NCBI GenBank assembly: GCA_000146045.2
Contig: BK006946.2
Location: 576,001 to 640,000 of the forward strand
From: TPA_inf: Saccharomyces
Taxonomy: Eukaryota
DNA length: 64,000 nucleotides
Direction of reading: 5' to 3'
The notes under the pieces were generated by a model. That model ran no database searches and was not told the DNA's origin. It worked only from the letters and a program-made list of their open reading frames with translations. Position numbers and translations under genes: made by a program. Below, in pieces: positions 53,025-64,000 of this stretch (position 1 is the first letter of the stretch; each line of letters begins with the position of its first letter).

Positions 53025-55970
53025 ATGAATGAGGATAAAGAGCAAAAGATCAACATACACGATATATTGAATACAAGACCGAAGCTCACCAAAAAGACAG
53101 CCCTAGATGTTTTCTTCGAAGATCTGGATGACAATGTAATTACTCCCATAAACGAATATGTTCTTGATTCAGGCTCATCATCATCCTCTTCCATTTATCA
53201 GGCGTTGAAGTGCTCAAATAACAATGAGTTTGTTGCAGTACTTTTACAGAAATTCCAGAATTTGCACATTCACGTACTAGAACAGCAACGGAGGCTCATC
53301 GAAAGTAAAAGTGACTTATTGCCTATCTCATTGCATGATATGAAATACGTAGACGAACTGATAAATCTTTTGATTATTCATGGTATAGATGCTAATTTGT
53401 CTCCTACGATGAAAATTCCATTCGATTCGAAAAGAATAAATACTTTCAAGAAGGGCCAAAAAAGCGCAGAATATGAAACGCCTCGATGGCACACCATAAA
53501 TAACGATACTTTATCTCAAGTCATAACTGTCTTTTATAATGTTCTAACTAGTGAGAGGTCTTCTGACTACCTGAGAGAAATAATATCAAAAGGCAGTGCT
53601 TACGCAAACATTTTATTAGGTTTGATTGTGTTACATTTGCAGTTGCCTAATAGGTACTCTTCACAAATGATTACAAATCTAGAAGATACTCAAGAAACTT
53701 ATACTTTGTTTGGGGTTTACACTCTACTAGTAGAAACAATTCAAGACGAAAAGGTTAGGGAGCCAATCCTTTCGAAGTTAACAACGTTAACTCTACGAAG
53801 ACCGGAAAATGGTCTGATCAGCTTGATTGATTTCGTTTTGGGTGTGAGAGATGCTGAAGATATAGATATTGAAAAGTTTAACCGTATCTACCAAATTTTG
53901 ATGAGTAAGCCAAAAACAATGACAAATTTGCAATACTTGACGGAACTATTCAAGCAAATTTATGATGGTCTCACCTTTGTGAACAGGCCTATCCTGGTCA
54001 CTTGTTTGAACGGACTAATCCTTAAATTTTACCTGAGGAATAAGAGGATTGTTAACGATTTTTTGTTTAAGAAGGTCCGCTCCATTATCTTTAATTCCCC
54101 GTTAACTGATCATACAGCAAAGGAACTGAACGATGTTATAAACGTTCTTATATCTTTATCCAAAAATTCTTCATCGGATTTGCTGAATGATTTAGTTACT
54201 AGTTGCCCTGATGAAGACGGTACTACGCCTGGACAGTTCTTTTTATATGTATGGATATATGCTCTTTTTTTGAAGAAAAACCAAAAACTAGACCCATTAG
54301 AAATAAACAAATTGTCTATTTCAGATAATAAAAGCACAGACAGCATACATTTTCCAGAGCAATCTTCCTCAAAGTATTACGAGGTTGTATTATCATTATT
54401 AAAATCTCTAATAGTCATAACAGAAAATTTTCAATATCTAAATGTACTGAGCCTTAACTTACTGAATTTTGAGCACGAGAAATGGAAGTATTTAATTGAT
54501 CTTGATACTCAGCTACCCTACATATCGGTTAAAAACACAGATATGGCAGAGTTGTTTTTCGAAAAAGGATCCAAAAACTCTCAAATTTCTGAGTTTCTTC
54601 AAGATATGGACCTTTCGATAGAATTATTTATGGAATTTTTAGTGCTGCTAAATGATGAGGAACAATCAAAGACTTTATTTTTAGATATTCTGAAAAGATG
54701 GGTCCATCATACAAAAAAAAGTGAAAAAAGATCTTCCGATAATCATAGCGGGATGCCAAGCGTTACAGATAACGCGTTAATACTCATGGACTTGAAACTT
54801 TTGGAATGTATGAACAACCGATTTAAAACCAAGATTGTTAATAAACCTAAGGACGTTCTTATTGTTATTGATCAATTGATAGATGTTGTTCAGGAAAAAG
54901 ATGAAACAATACAGGAAGTAGAAGCAGATTCTGACGACGAAGTTGAAGAAGGAGAAGAAACAGAAGAATTGGATCCAAATGAAAATTCTTCCTACAAAAT
55001 TATCTTGCAGTTATTATCAACCGTCCTTTCAGAATCGTCCAGTAGTATATTATTGCAAAACAGTTATATATTGAAATCCATTTCTAGAAAATTACAATCT
55101 TTCAACACTAATGCTTCCGAAATAGATGCATTATTGGCATCAATAGATAATATATTGATTAACGGACATACTACGGAAAGGAACGACAACATAGAAATTG
55201 AGATGGATGAGGAAAGGCTTGACAAAGCGATAACTAGTCTACATGATCCTTTAGTGCCCATAAAATCTTATGGTTTAACAGAACTACGTCATCTAGCTGA
55301 AAAGAAGTCTCCAGTAATTTCACTGGAAAAGGTGTTGCAAATACATTTAGATTATTTAAAGAATATGGACCCTTTCATTTATCTCAACGTTATTAAAGGA
55401 CTTACAACGCTATGTGAATTAGAGCCAGAAACCATATTGCCTCTACTTGCAGAATTTTATGCTAACAAAAAAAAGAAAAACAGATTAGATGATGTGCTGA
55501 AAGTTGGAGAAGTGTTCATCAATTACATTCAACGTCAGAACGAATTGTTCCAGGGTAAATTGGCTTATCTGATTATAGATACCTGTCTTAGTATTGTGAG
55601 GCCAAATGATAGTAAACCATTGGACAATAGATGGCGTATGTCATCCATGTCAATCTTAGGTATGTGCCTTCAAATCAACGCCAGGGGTGTCTCGGATAGA
55701 ATTCGCGATATGCTGGATTGTGTATTTGGAATATTGCAATTAGAACAACCACAAAATCATTTGAAGGACAAGGATGATTCTTTTTTGATGAGAAGAAGTG
55801 CCGTACACTTGATACATGATTTGTTGTACAGTACAGGATTTGATTTACTTCCCTTTGAGTACAACTACGATAAGCTAAAAACACTATTATCTTACGTTCG
55901 TGATCAAGATGAAGATTACATGGTTTGTGAACAGATTGACAAGCTTTTAACCGTACTAGATAGTTTATAA
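53025..55970 (+). CDS. RTP1: HEAT/ARM-like protein required for nuclear import of RNA polymerase II, 981 aa.
   Basis: It is a 981-aa helical-repeat protein. The identity is by synteny and length. Confidence 0.75.
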   Translation: MNEDKEQKINIHDILNTRPKLTKKTALDVFFEDLDDNVITPINEYVLDSGSSSSSSIYQALKCSNNNEFVAVLLQKFQNLHIHVLEQQRRLIESKSDLLPISLHDMKYVDELINLLIIHGIDANLSPTMKIPFDSKRINTFKKGQKSAEYETPRWHTINNDTLSQVITVFYNVLTSERSSDYLREIISKGSAYANILLGLIVLHLQLPNRYSSQMITNLEDTQETYTLFGVYTLLVETIQDEKVREPILSKLTTLTLRRPENGLISLIDFVLGVRDAEDIDIEKFNRIYQILMSKPKTMTNLQYLTELFKQIYDGLTFVNRPILVTCLNGLILKFYLRNKRIVNDFLFKKVRSIIFNSPLTDHTAKELNDVINVLISLSKNSSSDLLNDLVTSCPDEDGTTPGQFFLYVWIYALFLKKNQKLDPLEINKLSISDNKSTDSIHFPEQSSSKYYEVVLSLLKSLIVITENFQYLNVLSLNLLNFEHEKWKYLIDLDTQLPYISVKNTDMAELFFEKGSKNSQISEFLQDMDLSIELFMEFLVLLNDEEQSKTLFLDILKRWVHHTKKSEKRSSDNHSGMPSVTDNALILMDLKLLECMNNRFKTKIVNKPKDVLIVIDQLIDVVQEKDETIQEVEADSDDEVEEGEETEELDPNENSSYKIILQLLSTVLSESSSSILLQNSYILKSISRKLQSFNTNASEIDALLASIDNILINGHTTERNDNIEIEMDEERLDKAITSLHDPLVPIKSYGLTELRHLAEKKSPVISLEKVLQIHLDYLKNMDPFIYLNVIKGLTTLCELEPETILPLLAEFYANKKKKNRLDDVLKVGEVFINYIQRQNELFQGKLAYLIIDTCLSIVRPNDSKPLDNRWRMSSMSILGMCLQINARGVSDRIRDMLDCVFGILQLEQPQNHLKDKDDSFLMRRSAVHLIHDLLYSTGFDLLPFEYNYDKLKTLLSYVRDQDEDYMVCEQIDKLLTVLDSL

Positions 55971-56130
55971 CCCATTACGCATTTGATTATAATTTGCTTC
56001 TTAGGCAAAATTAATATTTACGTTCTTTTATATTCTTTCTTTTTGTATTCATAGAACAGCAGCCATTACCAATAGAAAGTTAAAATAGCCGCCGATGCAT
56101 TTTATTACCCGCCTTTCTGTTTTCTGGGCA

Positions 56131-56222
56131 CTTTTCTTTCTAGAAGGTGAAAGAACAATTTTTCTCGTTTTCTCGAACTTCCACCAAGCGTTGGGTAATG
56201 AGGGAGGAGATTTGTATAAAAA
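56131..56222 (+). promoter_or_regulatory. HSC82 promoter with a heat-shock-element-like nTTCnnGAAn array (TTCTAGAAGGTGAAAGAAC) and TATAAAAA at 56215-56222.
   Basis: ttctttctagaaggtgaaagaacaa contains alternating TTC/GAA pentamers. tgtataaaaagag lies about 135 bp upstream of the ATG. Confidence 0.5.
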
Positions 56223-56351
56223 GAGTGGCATGTGAACTGCCTACCGTAAGTGACATGAACACATGCATTATATTTTTTGTGATATATTCTTTCTCTTGTT
56301 TTCTTTTTCTTGAAACGCTACAGAACCAATAGAAAAATAGAATCATTCTGA

Positions 56352-58472
<2,121 letters not shown>

Positions 58473-58688
58473 TCTCTTTTTTCGCCTTCATGTTTTATAT
58501 ATTATATAAATTTGTTTACTTATTTTTACTATTTGTAATAATGATTCTGCTTTACGCGCCTTTAAAAAAGTTGGTCTTAATGTAAACATGAACCATAGCA
58601 CACAATTTAAGACATCAGCTGTCAAATGACCATAAAATTGTCCTACCAGCTGTCCTTAAAGTTTAGTGTACACTTACGAATGACTTAT

Positions 58689-59984
58689 TTACTCACCTTT
58701 GCAACTTTGTTCAATAAATTCATTGATCTTTTCAAGTTCCTGACATCTTTTGTAACTGGCATAGAGCTTCAGACTTGACCAGCCTATAGCAGCAGTACCA
58801 CAACCTATAATATTGAAAATCATTCTAAATTCCGAAGGGGAGCAATTCGGCGTCCATTCAATTTTAAACTTTCTCTGTATCCATAGAAAAGCATTCAATA
58901 GAAGACCTCCTGTACATTTACCAACAAAGGGCCATAGTATCTTTTCTGCAAGAATAGCATACCAATTCCGCCTGATAAAAAATTCCTCAGCTGGAACGCT
59001 ATTACTAGAGTTTTCAAAATTTCCGTGATACAAATACTTACCTCCTTTATTGATCAGCCTCCTGTAAATTAAGTCAACCAATCTTTTAAAGGTAAAATTA
59101 TAGCAAAATGTAGCCAAGTTAGAATACAAAATTATTTTAGGTAAACCTATACCCTTGTAATATTTGTTTCCAGCAGTTTTTACAATACTGAGATACACCC
59201 ACTTAAAGAGTATTGCATTAGCACTGACGTTAGAAATGTTGCTAAGATAATGTATGAACCCATATATTATGATCGAGGAGGTTAAAGGAATGCTTAATAA
59301 GCCACGTTCAGTTTGCGCATATACGTCCAATGCCTTTGTAGTGCTGATGTTTAACATATTTCGTAGAACATTCTCAGGGAAAAGGCAGCGTAGTTGCCAT
59401 AATCCAATGTCAAAACTTGTCTTTTCAGGGTTTAAAAGAAATAAACTAGTTATCCCTAATGGTATCACGTATCGTGTAATTTTTTGCCACTGATAAAACA
59501 GGGATAGTACAGAAGACTGGATGGTTACTGTAGGTCTTTTTATGAAATTTGTTTTCTTGCATTGAGGACATTCGCCAAATTTCACTAACACATAAGGTGG
59601 ATGATTATCCCGTTTGGTATAAAGAGACATTAGATTGAACACGTAGTCATTTTGAAACGGTACTGATTTTTGCCCCCAAATGGGACGAGTTTCCCATATT
59701 TCTGTAAGAGAGAAAGTCGTCATAAAATCATGGTGCCCATCAACGAGACATTTTAAACAGGTGATTATAGGTAAATCAGCATCCTTTGGTAGGTCCACTG
59801 TGTTCGGAAGAAAAAGTTCAACATGCATTTGATAGAGCCATCTTATATAGCAGCGTTTATGAATTTGTAAGTTGCAACCGCACGTGTGCTGTAGCCATGT
59901 AGAGTCATATGTGGATTCTTCCAAACATATCCAGCATATGCATCTTTTTTTTATGAGAGATAAAAAAAAATGAGGTGGGGTCAT
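58689..59984 (-). CDS. YMR187C: Uncharacterised 431-aa protein with an N-terminal C4HC3 (RING-CH-like) Cys/His cluster followed by hydrophobic segments.
   Basis: The N-terminus reads RCICWIC-x14-CGC-x4-HKRC-YIRW-x-CLKC. Several hydrophobic stretches lie downstream (LGITSLFLL, IIIYGFIHYL, GLLLNAFLWI). Confidence 0.7.
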   Translation of the reverse strand: MTPPHFFLSLIKKRCICWICLEESTYDSTWLQHTCGCNLQIHKRCYIRWLYQMHVELFLPNTVDLPKDADLPIITCLKCLVDGHHDFMTTFSLTEIWETRPIWGQKSVPFQNDYVFNLMSLYTKRDNHPPYVLVKFGECPQCKKTNFIKRPTVTIQSSVLSLFYQWQKITRYVIPLGITSLFLLNPEKTSFDIGLWQLRCLFPENVLRNMLNISTTKALDVYAQTERGLLSIPLTSSIIIYGFIHYLSNISNVSANAILFKWVYLSIVKTAGNKYYKGIGLPKIILYSNLATFCYNFTFKRLVDLIYRRLINKGGKYLYHGNFENSSNSVPAEEFFIRRNWYAILAEKILWPFVGKCTGGLLLNAFLWIQRKFKIEWTPNCSPSEFRMIFNIIGCGTAAIGWSSLKLYASYKRCQELEKINEFIEQSCKGE

Positions 59985-60290
59985 ATAAAACTTGGACTAT
60001 TTCCTTGGAATTTTCTTGTTTGTAAAATCAGAGCAGAGCTCTTTTATTTACTTTTGTTTTTGACGATGGGGACGAGCGATGTACTCACATCTTCGATATC
60101 ACTTGCCTGAAAATATATAAATGCGTTAAACGATAGAAAATCAAAAACATCGTTCTTTTCACTAGAATATTTTAAAGTCAAAACATAACACTTTACTATT
60201 TACGTAACGAAGTCTTGTAGTTGTATATATTTACAGAGTGTAGTGCTTTAGTTGAGAAAATATGACACTCGGCTTTCCTCTTTCTTTTAT

Positions 60291-61004
60291 TTACTGGCTT
60301 GGTTGTTGCATATCCATCATGACGTGCTTTCTTAACAAATTTTTTTTGATGTTTTTTTTCAAGGTCAAAGGATCCTCAACACCATGATCCTTCAAAAATT
60401 GATCACATTTTAGATCATTCGACAACAATTCGGATAATCGCGTTTGAATACGATCAATGAGACTTCTTTGTTTCTCCAAATTAACCTCCAATCCAGAGAT
60501 GTCTAACTGTAAAAGTTGCCTCACTGTTTCTTGTGAAAAATCTTGAATGCCGTACCTTTGTTTAATCTCCAATAACTCTTTCGGCGTTGACCCGCTAGAT
60601 AAAGCATCTTGGATGGTCCTAATATCACGTAAAAGGGTTGTTTTTTCATTTAGTTTATTCTCCCTCACTGATCTTTTATCCAAAAATTCTTTTGCCTTTT
60701 GGGCTTCTTCTTTTGCAACGCTTAACTGAGCTTCTGATTCGTATAATGCAAATTGTTGACCCTTGTTTCTAATAATTTCTGCAATGGCAAAAAACTTCCT
60801 CTTTGAAAGCGGCCTCGTCGCTTCTATCCTTACTAAATCACCCTCCCTTGATATTTCACCTTCATCATGCACTAAATAATCTCTTCTATGAAATAACTCC
60901 TTGTTGATTTTCTTATTAAAGACTTTTGTTTCTACACGTACTTTAACCGTCTTTTGCATCTTCCCTTGGGAGACGACCAAGCCTAAAAAATTTTGGCGAG
61001 CCAT
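60291..61004 (-). CDS. MRPS17: Mitochondrial ribosomal protein of the small subunit (uS17 family), 237 aa.
   Basis: The N-terminus [49 protein letters not shown] is an S17-type OB fold. The length is 237 aa. Confidence 0.8.
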
Positions 61005-61499
61005 TACAGTTTAACTGATCTTGATTTGACTTTTGAAATCTCTAACCCGAATTCAACTCCCTGAGTTTACTTCTGTTTGGCCTTATTTGTGGATTTCCTC
61101 TAACAGTTTGATGCTCGCATTGGTTTGGCACAATCCCAAATTGCTTCAGAATTCTAATCTTATGAAATAACAATCATGTTACCCGGTTGAATCGTTACCC
61201 GACATCTCTGACTCTTCTTGAGGTATAGACTCCTCCTTTTCGGAGTCATGACTCTCAGAGGAGTCATCGAAGTCAGCATTGAGCTGTGAAGGACCTTGAT
61301 AAGCTAGTCGAAAGATCTCCAACGAATATAAATGGATGTATATATAGCAGGCTCGAGTGGCACAATTTTCTTCTCTTCAAGTTCCAGTGAATTAGTCTTT
61401 CTCGTGTGTACCAATCTTACTGTATTGATTGCTGCGCGATCTAACCATCAACTAACCACAGTTTATTGGAAAAACGTTTCCTAATACCAGGAAGATAAC

Positions 61500-64000
61500 A
61501 TGCTTAGGACAAGAGTGACTGCTCTCCTTTGTAGGGCTACTGTCAGGTCAAGCACCAATTATGTTTCATTAGCGAGGACTAGATCATTCCATTCTCAATC
61601 TATTTTGCTCAAAACAGCCGCTACAGACATAACGTCTACACAGTACAGCAGGATTTTCAATCCTGACTTGAAAAACATTGATAGACCGCTAGATACTTTT
61701 GCTAGACGTCATTTAGGTCCTTCTCCTAGCGACGTTAAGAAAATGTTAAAAACAATGGGTTATAGCGATTTAAACGCATTTATAGAAGAGCTCGTTCCTC
61801 CCAATATTTTGAAGAGAAGACCCTTGAAACTAGAAGCTCCTAGTAAGGGATTCTGTGAACAAGAAATGCTTCAACATCTAGAAAAGATTGCCAATAAGAA
61901 CCACTATAAAGTTAAAAATTTCATAGGTAAGGGTTACTACGGTACGATTTTACCACCGGTTATACAAAGAAACCTGCTAGAAAGTCCAGAATGGTATACT
62001 TCTTATACGCCCTATCAACCCGAAATTTCTCAAGGTAGGCTAGAAGCGCTATTAAACTTTCAAACGGTTGTTTCAGATTTGACTGGTTTGCCTGTGGCGA
62101 ACGCCTCATTGTTGGATGAGGGTACAGCGGCTGGAGAAGCTATGCTCTTGTCATTCAATATTTCCAGAAAAAAGAAACTAAAATACGTAATAGATAAAAA
62201 ATTACACCAGCAAACAAAGAGTGTCCTTCACACCAGAGCCAAGCCGTTCAATATTGAAATTATTGAAGTTGACTGTTCGGATATCAAGAAAGCTGTGGAT
62301 GTTTTAAAGAACCCCGACGTATCTGGTTGTTTGGTTCAATATCCAGCGACAGATGGTTCAATCTTACCGCCTGACTCGATGAAACAGTTATCTGATGCGT
62401 TACACTCTCACAAGTCTTTGCTCTCTGTGGCCTCAGATTTAATGGCTTTGACACTTCTAAAACCACCTGCTCATTACGGTGCTGATATCGTCCTGGGTTC
62501 CTCTCAACGATTTGGTGTCCCAATGGGTTATGGTGGTCCTCATGCTGCTTTTTTCGCTGTTATTGATAAATTAAACAGAAAAATTCCAGGTAGAATTGTC
62601 GGTATCTCTAAAGACCGCTTAGGCAAGACGGCCTTGCGGTTGGCCCTCCAAACAAGAGAACAACATATCAAGCGTGATAAGGCAACTTCAAATATATGTA
62701 CCGCTCAAGCTTTACTGGCTAATGTTGCTTCGAGCTACTGTGTTTATCACGGTCCTAAGGGCCTACAGAATATTTCCAGGAGGATATTTAGCTTAACATC
62801 AATATTGGCAAATGCCATCGAAAATGACAGTTGCCCTCACGAACTAATTAATAAAACATGGTTTGATACTTTGACTATAAAGTTAGGTAATGGCATATCC
62901 TCCGAGCAGTTATTGGACAAGGCCTTGAAAGAATTTAATATCAATTTGTTTGCCGTGGACACCACCACTATTTCCTTGGCTCTTGATGAAACAACTACAA
63001 AAGCTGATGTTGAAAATCTACTAAAAGTGTTTGACATTGAAAATTCTTCGCAGTTTCTTTCTGAGGACTATTCTAACAGTTTCCCAAGGGAATTTCAGCG
63101 TACTGATGAAATATTGAGGAACGAAGTCTTTCACATGCACCATAGCGAAACAGCAATGTTGAGATATTTACATAGGTTGCAATCTCGTGATTTATCTCTT
63201 GCTAATTCTATGATTCCTTTAGGTTCCTGTACTATGAAATTGAACAGTACTGTTGAAATGATGCCAATCACTTGGCCCCAATTTTCGAATATCCATCCGT
63301 TCCAGCCATCAAACCAAGTCCAAGGATACAAGGAACTAATTACTTCGTTGGAGAAAGATTTATGCAGCATTACAGGTTTCGATGGTATTTCTTTACAACC
63401 AAATTCAGGTGCTCAAGGTGAATATACTGGTCTGAGAGTAATCAGATCCTACCTGGAAAGCAAAGGTGAAAATCATCGTAACGTGTGTTTAATCCCTGTA
63501 TCCGCTCATGGTACAAATCCGGCTTCTGCCGCTATGGCGGGTTTAAAAGTTGTTCCTGTCAACTGTTTGCAGGATGGCTCATTAGATCTGGTTGACTTAA
63601 AGAATAAGGCTGAACAACATTCTAAAGAACTAGCCGCCGTAATGATCACCTATCCTTCCACTTACGGTTTATTTGAACCAGGCATCCAACATGCTATTGA
63701 TATCGTACATTCTTTTGGTGGACAAGTCTATTTGGATGGTGCTAATATGAATGCGCAGGTTGGGCTAACTTCACCCGGAGATCTTGGTGCAGATGTTTGC
63801 CACTTGAATTTACATAAGACATTTTCCATTCCTCATGGTGGTGGTGGTCCAGCTGGAGCTCCCATTTGCGTCAAATCTCATTTAATACCCCATTTACCTA
63901 AACATGACGTTGTTGATATGATCACTGGAATCGGCGGTAGCAAATCCATCGATTCGGTCTCCTCTGCTCCATATGGTAATGCTTTAGTGTTACCAATTTC
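61500..64000 (+). CDS. GCV2: Glycine decarboxylase P-protein (mitochondrial glycine cleavage system). Only the 5' portion is here; the ORF continues past the window end.
   Basis: An ATG at 61500 is followed by a presequence-like stretch [18 protein letters not shown]. Conserved P-protein blocks follow ([27 protein letters not shown], and the pyridoxal site region [19 protein letters not shown]). There is no stop before position 64000. Confidence 0.9.

Overview
This window reads as a contiguous, gene-dense stretch of the right arm of Saccharomyces cerevisiae chromosome XIII, roughly YMR160W through YMR189W. I see no sign of a new or undescribed system. Gene identities come from recognising the translated ORFs and their order (HLJ1, DNF3, INP2, MSS11, PAH1, YMR166C, MLH1, CEP3, ALD3, ALD2, EAR1, HOT1, DDR48, PAI3, SIP18, ECM5, MMT1, YMR178W, SPT21, CTL1, YMR181C, RGM1, SSO2, ADD37, RTP1, HSC82, YMR187C, MRPS17, and the 5' part of GCV2), so they rest on memory, not a search. 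There are about 31 nuclear protein-coding genes with no evident introns, and one tRNA-Val(AAC) gene. The window has no CRISPR array, no intact transposon and no prokaryotic-style operon. The longest-ORF track begins several ORFs at GTG or TTG; in each case the first in-frame ATG reproduces the known protein length, and I report those ATG starts. The structural points of interest are: the ALD3/ALD2 tandem duplicate, which alternates identical and diverged segments; a run of stress-induced genes (ALD3, ALD2, HOT1, DDR48, PAI3, SIP18) whose promoters carry STRE (CCCCT/AGGGG) motifs; coding minisatellites in DDR48 and MSS11; an uncharacterised ORF (YMR187C) with a RING-CH-like C4HC3 Cys/His pattern followed by hydrophobic segments; a standalone MoaB/CinA-like domain protein (YMR178W) in an organism that lacks molybdenum cofactor; and a 1.75 kb intergenic region (RGM1-SSO2) with unusual simple repeats and promoter-like signals.
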